NCBI GenBank assembly: GCA_963825525.1
Contig: CAWGTN010000002.1
Span: 480,001-544,000, forward strand
Source of the DNA: an uncultured Chloroflexia bacterium
GTDB taxonomy: Bacteria; Chloroflexota; Limnocylindria; QHBO01
Length of the DNA stretch: 64,000 nucleotides
Direction: 5' to 3'
The notes beneath the pieces are model-generated. The model saw nothing but the letters and a program-made list of their open reading frames with translations. It did no database searches and was not told the DNA's origin. A program made the position numbers and the translations under genes. Numbering within the stretch: position 1 is the stretch's first letter; every line of letters starts with the position of its first letter. Of this stretch, positions 31,587 through 41,697 are shown in pieces.

Positions 31587-32825
31587 ATGCTGACCTCCCG
31601 CTCGCTCGCCGATCGGCTCGAGGCCGCCCGCTCGGCGGCACCCGCGCGAAAACAGGCAGGCGGCTTCGCCGCGGACCGGGTCGATCGGCTCGCCCGCTGG
31701 TTCGACGCCCGGACCGATGTCACGGCCGGCGGTACCGTGCTGGTGGTTGAACGCAGCGTGGTGGCGCCACCCGGCACCGCCTCCGCCCTGGCCGGCCTTC
31801 CACCCGCCGCCTACTTCGATACCGAGACAACGGGCCTCTCCACCGGCGCCGGGACCGTCATCTTCCTGGCGGGCGTGGCTCGCATCGCCGGCGATCGCAT
31901 TCACGCCCGGCAGTACCTCCTCCCGGACTATCCGTACGAGCTGCCGCTCCTGCGTGCCGTCGCCGGCGACCTTGCCTCGTCTCCACGGCTTGTGACGTAC
32001 AACGGCCGCGGCTTCGACCTCCCCATGCTCGCCGCCCGACTCACGTTCCACGGGCTGTTCCGCGAGGCGGCATCCATCCCCGAGGCGCACGACGATCTCC
32101 TTCCCGATGCGCGCCGACTCTTCCGCCGACCGCTGGGCGGTGCCCGACTCGCCGACGTGGAGGCCGGCGTCCTCGGCGTTCGCCGCGCCTCGGACTGCCC
32201 GGGAAGCGAGGTCCCCACCCGCTACTTCGGATATCTGCGTGGAGGCTCGCCGGACATCCTGGCCGAGGTCCTCGACCACAACTTCCAGGACATCGTCAGC
32301 CTCGCGCTGCTCGAGGCCGAGCTGTGCCGTCTCCGCGCTGGTGGCTGGCGGGAGGCGATGGTGCTCGACCCGCGGGGCATGGCTCTCGAGCTCCTGCGCG
32401 CCGGCGCCGTCGATGACGCTCTCGAGCTCGTCGAATCTGCCCAGGCCGTGGCAACCGACCCGGCCGAGGCCAATGCCCTGCGGCGCGTCGCCTCGCGCCT
32501 CCTCATCGCGCTGGGGCACTTCGAGCGCGCGGAGGAGATCTGGCACCTCGGCACGCGGCGAGCTTCCGTCGACGCGGCCGCCGCATGGATCGAGGTCGCA
32601 CGAATCAGGGAGCGGCATCGCGGTGACCTGGCCGGTGCGATGGAAGCGACGGCGGCGGCCTCACGCGTGCTAGACATCGCATTTGCCCTGGGTCGCGGCG
32701 GGTCCATGATCGAGGTCGGTCGCACGCGGATCTCGGTCGAGCGGCGGCTCCGCCGCCTGCGCAGCTGGGTCGCGGCAGCAGAACGGCGATCGCTGCGCGA
32801 GCGTCGACGGTCGGCGGTCGCCTAG
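31587..32825 (+). CDS. RNase H-like DEDD exonuclease (YprB/MrfB family) with helical C-terminus
   Basis: FDTETTGL, LVTYNGRGFDLP, HDDLL, DCPGSEVP..Y, HNFQDIVSL; follows the MrfA-type helicase. Confidence 0.88.
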   Translation: MLTSRSLADRLEAARSAAPARKQAGGFAADRVDRLARWFDARTDVTAGGTVLVVERSVVAPPGTASALAGLPPAAYFDTETTGLSTGAGTVIFLAGVARIAGDRIHARQYLLPDYPYELPLLRAVAGDLASSPRLVTYNGRGFDLPMLAARLTFHGLFREAASIPEAHDDLLPDARRLFRRPLGGARLADVEAGVLGVRRASDCPGSEVPTRYFGYLRGGSPDILAEVLDHNFQDIVSLALLEAELCRLRAGGWREAMVLDPRGMALELLRAGAVDDALELVESAQAVATDPAEANALRRVASRLLIALGHFERAEEIWHLGTRRASVDAAAAWIEVARIRERHRGDLAGAMEATAAASRVLDIAFALGRGGSMIEVGRTRISVERRLRRLRSWVAAAERRSLRERRRSAVA

Positions 32826-33664
32826 CGGAGGCGGCTCTCGAACAGGCGGATCACGCCCTCGGAAGCAGCGTGCGCCGCAGCAACAACGCCCGCCCCGCGG
32901 GCCAGGTGGATGGCAAAGATGACGCCGAAGGTGTCGCCAGCGCCGACCGTCGGAACGCCCTCGACGATGCGCCGCGGCACGGCGGCCACGATCTGGTCCG
33001 CGGCCGGGTCGTCCAGGAGGTAGCCCTGCACGCCGAGGGTCAGCACGATGACCGGCCGCGTGCCGAGCCGGCGCCGAAGCGCCACTGCCTGCGCGAACGG
33101 GTCATCGGCGGACTCCGACAGGTCCTCGGTCGAGAGGACGACGGCATCGGCCCGCGCGAACGCCGCCCAGAGCGCCGGCGCGACCGCGTGGAGCGGGATC
33201 GGGTCAACGTTCGTCCCGACCTCGAGCCGGCGGAGCCATCCCTGGACCAGCAGGACGCTCAACGCTCCGCCGATGCGGGCGCTCAGCGCCTCGATGGACG
33301 GCGCAGGAAGCTCGTCCGCAATCGGCGCCAGGAGGGCGACCGCGGGCTGCCTGGGCGGCAGCCGCGTCCCGGGATCGATCGGGTCGGTGGTTGCCTCCAG
33401 CTCCAGCACGCGCCGCCCATTCCGCTCTCCGTGCCGGTAGGTGACGGTGCGCGATGCCGCTTGGTGGACGAGCGTCCCGAGCTCCGAGAGGATGCGGAGG
33501 CCATCGCGGGCCTCCGGCTCATTGCCGGAGACGGTGAGAAATGCCGTCTCGGATCCCTCGTCCGCGGCCGCAAGGCCGGAATGGATCACCGATCCGCCAG
33601 GGGCCGTGCTGCCATCGGCAAACCGGTCGATGGTCAGCCCGCCCACGATCAGGGTCTCGGTCAT
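32822..33664 (-). CDS. PfkB family carbohydrate kinase
   Basis: GGLTID..PGGS, LTLGVQG, PTVGAGDTF. Confidence 0.82.
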   Translation of the reverse strand: MTETLIVGGLTIDRFADGSTAPGGSVIHSGLAAADEGSETAFLTVSGNEPEARDGLRILSELGTLVHQAASRTVTYRHGERNGRRVLELEATTDPIDPGTRLPPRQPAVALLAPIADELPAPSIEALSARIGGALSVLLVQGWLRRLEVGTNVDPIPLHAVAPALWAAFARADAVVLSTEDLSESADDPFAQAVALRRRLGTRPVIVLTLGVQGYLLDDPAADQIVAAVPRRIVEGVPTVGAGDTFGVIFAIHLARGAGVVAAAHAASEGVIRLFESRLR

Positions 33665-33681
33665 CGGTCTATCATCGGAGC

Positions 33682-34002
33682 ATGCGACTCTTCTTCTACG
33701 AGCTCCACGAGGGCGCGACCGATCTGCTGACCGATGCGCTCCTCGTGTCCGAGCGGGACCATACCCCAGCCGAATTCGCAGCGATGGTCGCGGCGTCGCG
33801 CACCGCCATCCTCGACACGTTCGAGGAGGACACGCTGGTCGAGGCCATCGCGCGCGAGCTTGAGCGCAATCACGGCTTCACCTACATCGCCGACGAGAAG
33901 CTGACTGCCAGCATGAGCGTCGGGATGCAGGACGAGGACAACTACCTGGTCGAGCAGAGCGACGAGTTCCGCAGCATCGTCGCGGAGATGGAACGCAGCT
34001 GA
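33682..34002 (+). CDS. Hypothetical acidic protein
   Basis: MRLFFYELHEG...; typical codon bias; TATCAT 6 nt upstream of ATG. Confidence 0.65.
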   Translation: MRLFFYELHEGATDLLTDALLVSERDHTPAEFAAMVAASRTAILDTFEEDTLVEAIARELERNHGFTYIADEKLTASMSVGMQDEDNYLVEQSDEFRSIVAEMERS

Positions 34003-34008
34003 CGGCGT

Positions 34009-35103
34009 TCAGCGGGCGACGTTGAACAGGATCTGCAGCACGTCTCCGTCCCGGACCTGGTAGACCTTTCCCTCCTGGCGCAGCAACCCGCGCTTGCGCG
34101 CCTCCGCCATCGTGCCGCAATCGATCAGATCGTCGAAGCCGATGACTTCGGCTCGGATGAATCCGCGGGCCAGGTCCGAGTGAATGGCCGCGGCGGCGTC
34201 CACCGCCGAGGATCCGGTCCGCAGCGTCCAGGCCCGGCACTCGTCTTCCCCGGCCGTGAAGAAGCTGAAGAGACCGAGCAGGGCGTACGTCAGCGAGATG
34301 ACCCGGCCGCGGGACGGCTGCTCGATTCCCAGGTCGTCCATGAAGAGTCGGGCATCGTCGGCCGGAAGCTCGGCGATCTCAGCCTCGATCTTGCCGGCGA
34401 GTGCCGCGACGTCGGTTCGCGGCTGGGCATACCGGGCGCGGCCGGCCTCCTCGAGCGAGCCTGACTCCCCGACCCGGGCCTCGTCGATGTTCAGGACGGC
34501 GAGGACGGGCTTCTGGGTCAGGAATCGGTACCCGCGCAGCAGGAACTCGTCATCGGCGGTCAGGTCCAGTGAGCGGATCGGCTTGCCTTCCGACAGGTGT
34601 GGCAGGATCCGCGACAGGACCTCCTCCTCGCGCTGAGCCTGGTCGCGTTCCGCCTGCGAGCCGTGGCGCCCCTGCGTCTTCAGCTTCTCCAGGCGCTTCT
34701 CGATGACCATGAGGTCCGCCACCGTGAACTCCAGGTCGAGCTCCTCGACATCTCGCCACGGGTCCGGAGCCGCGGGATTGGTCGGGTCGGTGAAGGCACG
34801 TGCCACGTGGAGCAGCGCGTCGGCGTTGCGAATCTGCGCCAGGACGTCGGGGTTGATGGTGCCCTCGCGGGCCGCACCGGCCGGGATGGCGACGTCGACG
34901 TACGTGACGTCGGCGTAGGTCGTCTTCTTCGGGTTGAAGAGGGCGGACAAGCGGTCGACGCGCTCATCGGGAACCTTCACGACGCTGACGTTCGGCGCCG
35001 CCCGACCGCCGGAGAACCCGCCGGTCTCGGCGTGGCCGCCGGTCAGGGCATTGAAGACGGTCGTCTTGCCGCTTCCCGGCAGGCCGACGATGGTGACTTG
35101 CAT
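34009..35103 (-). CDS. ychF: YchF/OLA1 family ATPase
   Basis: IVGLPGSGKTT, VKVPDERVDRL, ADALLHV, FLTQKP, FFTAGEDECRAW, IHSDLARGFIRAEV, EGKVYQVRDGD. Confidence 0.92.
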   Translation of the reverse strand: MQVTIVGLPGSGKTTVFNALTGGHAETGGFSGGRAAPNVSVVKVPDERVDRLSALFNPKKTTYADVTYVDVAIPAGAAREGTINPDVLAQIRNADALLHVARAFTDPTNPAAPDPWRDVEELDLEFTVADLMVIEKRLEKLKTQGRHGSQAERDQAQREEEVLSRILPHLSEGKPIRSLDLTADDEFLLRGYRFLTQKPVLAVLNIDEARVGESGSLEEAGRARYAQPRTDVAALAGKIEAEIAELPADDARLFMDDLGIEQPSRGRVISLTYALLGLFSFFTAGEDECRAWTLRTGSSAVDAAAAIHSDLARGFIRAEVIGFDDLIDCGTMAEARKRGLLRQEGKVYQVRDGDVLQILFNVAR

Positions 35104-35109
35104 GGAGCG

Positions 35110-36111
35110 TCAGTACCCGGCTTCGAGATCGACGACGTTGCGCATCGGCTCGCCGGACCGGTACGCATGCAGGTTGCTGACGAACAGCTCGACCGTGCGC
35201 TCGGCGACCCGGTCGGATGCCCAGCTGGTGTGCGGGGTGATGATGAGGTTGGGCGTCGAGTAAAACGGCGAGTCAGGGCCAAGCGGCTCCTCGCTGAACA
35301 CGTCGAGTACCGCGCCCCCGATCCAGCCGGATTCGAGCGCCCGCCGCAGCGCGATCTCGTCGATCAGCCGCCCGCGGGCAACGTTGATCAGCCAGGCGTC
35401 CTCGCGCATCAGGGCGAGCTGCTCCGCGCCGATCATCCCGGCCGTCTCTTCGGTGAGCGGCGCGGTGACGACCACGATGTCGCTGGCTGCCAGGACCTCG
35501 TCGAGGCGATCGAGCCCGTGCAGCTCAACGCTCGACGTATCGTCCGCTCCCCGTTCGGGGCGTCGCTTGGTGGCAATGACCCGGCACCCGAATGGCTCGA
35601 GCAGCCTGGCCAGCTCCACGCCGATGCTCCCGTAGCCGATGATGCCGATGGTCAGCTCTGCCAGCTCCCGTCCGCGGAGCGGCTGCCAGGTACGCTCGCG
35701 CTGCAGCTCCATCAGCTGCCGCAGGCGCCTGGCGATGGCCAGTGACATCATCACGACGTATTCGGCGATCGGGCGGCTGAACACGCCGCGCGCGTTGGTG
35801 ACGACCAGGCCGCGCTCACGCACGATGGGCGTGGTCACGCGATCAACTCCGGCAGCCGCCGAATGGATCCAGCGCAGGCGTGGCGATCGGCCCACGACGT
35901 GATCCAGGACCGAGGCCGGGACCGATCCGAGCAGGAGGACCTCCGCCGCGTCGAAGACCGACTCGTCGGCGTCGCCGTGGATGCGTCCGTCGGCCGCAAT
36001 GCGCGCGCATCTGACGCCGTCGACGCCCTCGATCCGCTCGACGAGCTCGCGGGTCAGCGCCGAGCCCAGGATTGGCGTGGCCAGGACCGTGAGAGGTGAC
36101 GAGCCGCTCAG
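35110..36111 (-). CDS. D-2-hydroxyacid dehydrogenase
   Basis: WIHSAAAGVD, TNARG, GIIGYGSIG, PLTEET, INVARG, LDVFSEEPL, TPH; start inferred at CTG 36111. Confidence 0.9.
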   Translation of the reverse strand: MSGSSPLTVLATPILGSALTRELVERIEGVDGVRCARIAADGRIHGDADESVFDAAEVLLLGSVPASVLDHVVGRSPRLRWIHSAAAGVDRVTTPIVRERGLVVTNARGVFSRPIAEYVVMMSLAIARRLRQLMELQRERTWQPLRGRELAELTIGIIGYGSIGVELARLLEPFGCRVIATKRRPERGADDTSSVELHGLDRLDEVLAASDIVVVTAPLTEETAGMIGAEQLALMREDAWLINVARGRLIDEIALRRALESGWIGGAVLDVFSEEPLGPDSPFYSTPNLIITPHTSWASDRVAERTVELFVSNLHAYRSGEPMRNVVDLEAGY

Positions 36112-37259
36112 GACACCGCCTCCACTCGGGAGATCCACAGATCGGGCTGCCGGATCTCGTCGAGCGAGGGCAGAAGCTCCGGGCCGGTCCAGACGCGGCG
36201 CAGGAATTCCTTTCCCCGTTCGGCGATGACGCGATCGGCGAATCGCTCGCCGGCGGCGTACTGCTCCATCTTCAGATCGAGACCCGTGACGCGCATGATC
36301 GCGCGTTCGACCGCACCTCGACGCTCGCCGCGGCGCTCGAATCGGTCGTGGAGCTCGGTGAAACCGGGGAGGATCTGCGAGCCGGCCGCGTTCATGACGT
36401 GGTTCGAGTACCCCTCCAGCAACGACATCAGGGCCTGCGTGCGGTTGAACGTGTCGCGCTGGGTCGGGGTGAGGATTCGCTCGAGCCAATGGCCCTCGCG
36501 CGAGGAGACAGCGTCCCTGACCCGCTCCATGAGGCCGCCGGACTCGGTGGCCAGCTGCTCGACCGTCTCGCCGACCAGGCCGGCAAAGTACGGGCGAAGC
36601 CAGGGGTGAGCCTCGAACTCGAACGCGTGCGTCGCCTCGTGCAGGGCGATGAAGGTTCGGAAGTCGTCGAGCGGAATGCGCATGGCGCGCGCGGTGGCCA
36701 CGATGTTGGGCTCCACGAAGTGCAACCTGCCGCGCGTCGGTCCCGCGGCGAGCAGGCTGACGTCGTACTGGCCCAGGACCTTGCGACCCAGGAAGGCGAG
36801 CATGAAGCCGAGCTGCTGGTTGCCGAGCGTCCGATTCACCCAGCGCGACAGCGCGCGACCAGTCGTGTCCGGTCCGTCCTGCGCCTGGAGCAGGGCATGT
36901 TCGATGCGCTCGAAGAGAACGCGGAAGGTCGCGAGGTTCAGGTCCACCCAGCCGAGACGATCCACCACGGCGGGAATCTCGAGCGCCTCGGGAAGGTCAG
37001 CGCCGATCTCGGCGGCCACGATCGGCTCGATCCGGGCCAGCGTCGCGCGGTAGAACGCCTCCGCCTCGGCTCGCTGCGCGGCAGGAATGGGTGCCGCGGC
37101 CTCGCCGAGCCGCCGATGCGCGATGCGGCGCACGGCCTCCCAGTCGATGAGCCGAGGTCCCGCCCTGCGCATGATCTCGCGCGATGCGACGGATGCCCCC
37201 AGGGCCAGGAGACCGCCGACGAGAATGCCCGCGCCGAGCCGGACCGTGTGTCGTGCCAT
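36108..37259 (-). CDS. Zinc-dependent metalloprotease (Zincin_2/DUF2342 family)
   Basis: IDW, LGQYD, FVEPNI, IALHEATH, MSLLEGYSNHVM, KMEQYAAGERF, LPSLDEI. Confidence 0.88.
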   Translation of the reverse strand: MARHTVRLGAGILVGGLLALGASVASREIMRRAGPRLIDWEAVRRIAHRRLGEAAAPIPAAQRAEAEAFYRATLARIEPIVAAEIGADLPEALEIPAVVDRLGWVDLNLATFRVLFERIEHALLQAQDGPDTTGRALSRWVNRTLGNQQLGFMLAFLGRKVLGQYDVSLLAAGPTRGRLHFVEPNIVATARAMRIPLDDFRTFIALHEATHAFEFEAHPWLRPYFAGLVGETVEQLATESGGLMERVRDAVSSREGHWLERILTPTQRDTFNRTQALMSLLEGYSNHVMNAAGSQILPGFTELHDRFERRGERRGAVERAIMRVTGLDLKMEQYAAGERFADRVIAERGKEFLRRVWTGPELLPSLDEIRQPDLWISRVEAVS

Positions 37260-37268
37260 GCGGTCAGT

Positions 37269-38117
37269 CTAGGGGAACACGCCCTCGGCCTCGATGCGAA
37301 CGACCTCGATCTCCGGCAGACGCTCACCGAACAGGGGTGAGGCGATCGATCGAAAGCGAGCCGGATCGCCGGTCGTGGCCACCCGGTGACGCGACTCGGC
37401 TCCACGACCCGCCCGACCGCCGACGGCATCCAGGAGGTCCTCGACCGCCAGCGCCGTGGTGAACGCGGAATCAACGACCGCCACATCCGGGCCGACGATG
37501 CGCTCGATCACGGGGCGCAGCAGCGGATAGTGGGTGCAACCCAGCAGCAGGGTGTCGATCCGCGGTCCGGCGGCCATCATCGGCTCCAGGTACGCACGCA
37601 GCACCGACTCCGCGCGGCGACCATCCAGGATGCCGGCCTCCACCATCGGCACGAGCTCCGGGCACGCGAGCTGGCTGACCGTCGTGCCGCTGTCGGCCTC
37701 GACGATCGCGTCGCGGTACGCATTCGACTCCACCGTGCCCGCGGTCGCAATGACGGCAACGTTCGCCGTCCTCGTGGCGGACGCGGCGGCCACCGCACCC
37801 GGCCGCACCACGCCCAGGACCGGGACGGTGGAGCGTTCGCGAACTGCGTCGAGCGCATGCGAGGTCGCGGTGTTGCAGGCCAGCACGATCATCTTCACGT
37901 CCTGGCCGAGCAGCCACTCGGCGGCCTCCAGGGTGAATCGGCGCACCTCGTCGGCATCCCGAGGACCGTACGGCGTGCGCGCGTTGTCTCCGAGATAGAC
38001 GGTGGATTCGGCCGGAAGCCGTCGCTGCAGCTCGGTCAGGACGGTGAGGCCGCCGACACCGGAGTCGAACACGCCGATCGGGCGCGGATCCAGGCGTTCC
38101 CCCGCTGGGTGGCTCAG
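37269..38117 (-). CDS. murI: Glutamate racemase
   Basis: PIGVFDSGVGGLTV, YLGD..PYG, LACNTAT, LGCTHYPLL; start must lie upstream of GTG 38072 (CTG 38117 or 38093). Confidence 0.95.
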   Translation of the reverse strand: MSHPAGERLDPRPIGVFDSGVGGLTVLTELQRRLPAESTVYLGDNARTPYGPRDADEVRRFTLEAAEWLLGQDVKMIVLACNTATSHALDAVRERSTVPVLGVVRPGAVAAASATRTANVAVIATAGTVESNAYRDAIVEADSGTTVSQLACPELVPMVEAGILDGRRAESVLRAYLEPMMAAGPRIDTLLLGCTHYPLLRPVIERIVGPDVAVVDSAFTTALAVEDLLDAVGGRAGRGAESRHRVATTGDPARFRSIASPLFGERLPEIEVVRIEAEGVFP

Positions 38118-39263
38118 CGCTTCACCAGGCTTGGCGCCCGGTCGCGCAGGTGGGATGCCATCGACTCGGCGATGCGGCGGACGCCCTGGGAGATCGGCGC
38201 CTCGGGGCTCGAGGAGACGAAGGCGATGCCCTCGTTATTCGACTGCAGGACGAGCCGTCCGTCGGAGACGATCTCGAAGTCGATCGGCGAGCCCAGCGCC
38301 TGCTCGACGTCCACCCGGTCGAACCCACCCGACGCATCGGACCGGTTGAGCACCGGTCGCGAGCTTGGACGCCGGGTAGCCGATGGCGGCGAACGTCTCG
38401 GCCGACATGGCGAGACTGCGAATGGCCATCGAGTCATAGGTCAGGACCTGGAGGATCAGGTCCGCGGAGTCCAGGAAGACGAGGACGTCGTCGGAGAGGG
38501 CCGCCCGCGTGTCGATGATGACGAACTCATACAGCTGGCGAAGGAGGGAGAGCACCTTCTCGATGTCACGGGTGGTGACCATCTCCGCCATCTCGACGCG
38601 TGGCGGAGCCAGGAGGATGTCGATCCCCGACGGATCGCGCCATGCGATGTCGGCGATGTCCGATTCCTTGATCCGATCAGTGGGCAGGTTGACGATGCTC
38701 GGCGCCACGGCGGGAACGCGAAGCAGTCCGCGCAGGTCGCTGAACTGGAGCGAGCCGTCCACCAGGCACACGCGGTGCGATTCACCCAGCGCCACGGCCA
38801 GGTTGTAGGCCAGCGTCGTGCGACCCACGCCACCCTTCGGGCTGAACAGGCTGATCACCAGTGACCCGGACCGCTCGGACTCCGATGCCCGGGTCTCCGC
38901 CACCTTGCGCACCATGGTCGTGAGGTCGAAGCCGGTGAACGGCATCTTCAGGACGGCGTCGATGCCGTGACTCCCGTCCTCGCTGACCGGGTTCTGCGGG
39001 ACGGTCAGCATGATGATGCCCACCTGCGGCTCGGTGCGTCGAACCTGCTCCGCTACCTGGTGTCCGCTCACCCGACCCTGCAGCAGGGCATCGACGATGA
39101 CGACGTCAGGTCGCATCTCCGCAATGGCAGCCACGGCACGATCGCCGGCGGTGACCACGTCCAGCATCTTGATCTGCGACTGAGCCTGGAGAAGCGCGCG
39201 CACGTGCGATGCAACCTGCGGCACATCCTCGACGATCAGGAGCCTGATCTGTTCGACTGCCAT
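38114..39263 (-). CDS. Receiver + CpaE/MinD-type ATPase (paralog 2); frameshift near 38360
   Basis: LLIVEDV..DVVIVD (REC); FSPKGGVGRTTLAYNLA, VDGSLQFSDL, ILLAPP, VLNRSD, SNNEGIAFV. Confidence 0.85.
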
Positions 39264-39266
39264 CCC

Positions 39267-40085
39267 TCACCTTTCGCCCGGATCCGATTCCGCCGGTCGC
39301 GCAACCACGATGCACCGCATGCTGTCCTCGTCGAACGGATCCAGGTCGTGGGACCCGAATACCGCGTCGACCTCCAGCTCCGCCTCGGCAGCGAGGGCAG
39401 CAAGCGCCGTGGATGATGGATACCAGAGCCGAAAGCTGGCCGGCAGCCGCGATATCGTACCATCGGCCTCGATCACGTCCGTGAGCGTGCTGTACATCAC
39501 CCGGAGGCCCTCGGGAACCTCGTTGCGCGTGATCTGGCTGCGCCGGACGAAGCGCCGCCCACCGGATTCGCGCTCCCAATCGAGGCTCAGAGGCAGGTCA
39601 TGCGGTGGAAGGCCGCCCGGTCCCAGCGTATCGATCACGACCGCCGCGCCGGCCATGCACATGCGCCGAGCGACTCCCAGCACCCGCACCGCATCCTCGG
39701 GACCACTCACATGGCCGATGACGCCGGAGAGCACCACCAGCGAGAAGCGGTCCGGTCTCGAGACTCGCCGGACGTCGCCGAGGGCCAGCTCGATCATTCC
39801 CGCATCACGCGCACGTGCCAGGCCCTGATCGCCGGCGACCCGGCTCCGCGCGCGGTCCAGCAGCGCGCGCGACCCATCGATGCCCACCACACGCGTCGCG
39901 CCGCCGGCCACGAACGAGGCAAAGAGCCGGCCCGATCCGCAGCCGAGGTCCATGACCGCGCCCGGGTGGCGGCGAACCATCTCACGGTAGAACGCGAGAT
40001 CCTCGCCGATCTCATCGTGCTCGAGGTCGTAGAGCTCGGCCAGGAGGTCCGCGTCTGCGGGCTGGTCGGCCAGGATGTCGGTCAG
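39267..40085 (-). CDS. Class I SAM-dependent methyltransferase
   Basis: AELYDLEH..EDLAFY, DLGCGSGR, VVGID, GDVR; start inferred at CTG 40085. Confidence 0.88.
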   Translation of the reverse strand: MTDILADQPADADLLAELYDLEHDEIGEDLAFYREMVRRHPGAVMDLGCGSGRLFASFVAGGATRVVGIDGSRALLDRARSRVAGDQGLARARDAGMIELALGDVRRVSRPDRFSLVVLSGVIGHVSGPEDAVRVLGVARRMCMAGAAVVIDTLGPGGLPPHDLPLSLDWERESGGRRFVRRSQITRNEVPEGLRVMYSTLTDVIEADGTISRLPASFRLWYPSSTALAALAAEAELEVDAVFGSHDLDPFDEDSMRCIVVARPAESDPGER

Positions 40086-41263
40086 GATCGGGCCCTCCGC
40101 CCGCCCCCCTGCCCGCGAAGCTCAACCCATGCCCGCTCGACGAGCTGCGGCTGCTCGATCAGCTCGATGGCAGAGGCAGCCAGCACGCGGATGGCGCGCG
40201 GCAGCATCTCGTCTCCGCCGGTACCCCCGGCGTGCTCCGCGAACTCGTGGGAGTGGCCGGGCGTACCGGCCGGCGCAATCGCCAGGTACGGGTGGATGGT
40301 GGGGACCTCGTGACTCACGTTCGCCATGTCCGTGCTCCCCGCGTTTGGGTCGACCGGGTCGTCCTGGACTCCCGCGTCCGCGAGGTGGCGTCGCCAGATG
40401 CCGAGCAGGGTCGGATTGTTGAGCATGGTTCGGCACCGGTTCATGGGGTCAACGCGCAGCTCGACGGTGCAGCCGCTGGCCTGGGCGGCCGCCTCGGCCA
40501 TGGTGCCGAAGCGTTCGACCATGGCATCCAGATCCTCGTCGATCGGAGTGCGCAGATACCACGCGCCGGTGGTGAGGTCCGGGACGACGTTGGGCGCGGC
40601 ACCGCCGTGGGTGATGATGCCGTGGACTCGCTCACCGGGCCTGAGGTGCTGTCGCCACTGCGCGACCATCGTGTGCAACAGGACGATGGCGTCGAGGGCG
40701 TTCTTCCCCAGCCACGGGTCGGCACTGGCATGGGCCAACGTCCCGTGGAAGGTGACCCCGACCTCGATGACCGCCAGGCACACCGACTCCGAGGCGTTGG
40801 TGTCGGAGGGATGGATCTGGAGGCACACGTCCACGTCGTCGAAGAGGCCGGCCTGGATCAGGTGGACCTTGCCGTTGCCCGCCTCCTCGGCCGGGGTCCC
40901 GATGAACCGAATCTCACCCGAGAAGTCGCGACCGAGCACGTCGGCTGCCGCGATCGCCGCCCCCGCACTCGACGAGCACATGAGGTTGTGGCCGCATCCG
41001 TGGCCGACCTCGGGCAGCGCGTCGTACTCACCGGCGAAGGCGATGACGGGTCCACCCGGCCTGCCCTGCCAGCGAGCCACGAACGCGGTGTCGAGGCCGC
41101 CCGCCGGGCTCGTGACGTCGAACCCCTTCCGGCGCAGCAGCTCAGCGGTCCAGGCCGATGCCTGCTGCTCCTGGAAGGCGATTTCGGGGGTGGCGTGCAC
41201 GCGATGGGAGAGATCCATCGCCTCCGGCATGACCGCGGCGACAGCGGCCGGCAGTCGCCCCAT
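40082..41263 (-). CDS. M20 family amidohydrolase/peptidase
   Basis: HATPEIAFQE, EYDALPEVGHGCGHN, GTPAEE, HP, NALDA, GSTDMANVS, PTIHP. Confidence 0.92.
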   Translation of the reverse strand: MGRLPAAVAAVMPEAMDLSHRVHATPEIAFQEQQASAWTAELLRRKGFDVTSPAGGLDTAFVARWQGRPGGPVIAFAGEYDALPEVGHGCGHNLMCSSSAGAAIAAADVLGRDFSGEIRFIGTPAEEAGNGKVHLIQAGLFDDVDVCLQIHPSDTNASESVCLAVIEVGVTFHGTLAHASADPWLGKNALDAIVLLHTMVAQWRQHLRPGERVHGIITHGGAAPNVVPDLTTGAWYLRTPIDEDLDAMVERFGTMAEAAAQASGCTVELRVDPMNRCRTMLNNPTLLGIWRRHLADAGVQDDPVDPNAGSTDMANVSHEVPTIHPYLAIAPAGTPGHSHEFAEHAGGTGGDEMLPRAIRVLAASAIELIEQPQLVERAWVELRGQGGGRRARS

Positions 41264-41295
41264 GCTGGTTCCGTCGGACAAGGCTGACCTCCGCG

Positions 41296-41697
41296 CTACG
41301 GGTCGCGCCGCGCGAGCAGCCACTCGGCGACACCACCCAGGATGATGACAAAAATGGCGATCGGGACACTCAGAGCACCCCCCAGCCGAAGTCCGGCGAG
41401 CGCAGCGGTGATCAGGCCGACCAGCGCTCCCCGCCGGGCCGCCCGCACCCACGCGCCACGATAGACGATGCGGCGACGGGCCATGACCTCGCCGAGGAAG
41501 GCGAACGGAGCCACGAGCAGCGCCAGCGATCCCGACGCGAGGACCACCACGATCGCCCGGTTGCGTCCGGCGTCGGCACATGGCTGCGCGAGTGTCTCGA
41601 CCGCGCACATCCGCGCCGCGAGGGCGACGAGAGTCACGAATCCCAGGATCGCCAACAGGATCAGCGACGCCACGAGGATCCGATCGCGTCCGCTCAC
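41296..41697 (-). CDS. Hypothetical membrane protein (about 4 TM)
   Basis: Hydrophobic segments; RAARRG motif; GTGA overlap with the helicase stop. Confidence 0.7.
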   Translation of the reverse strand: MSGRDRILVASLILLAILGFVTLVALAARMCAVETLAQPCADAGRNRAIVVVLASGSLALLVAPFAFLGEVMARRRIVYRGAWVRAARRGALVGLITAALAGLRLGGALSVPIAIFVIILGGVAEWLLARRDP

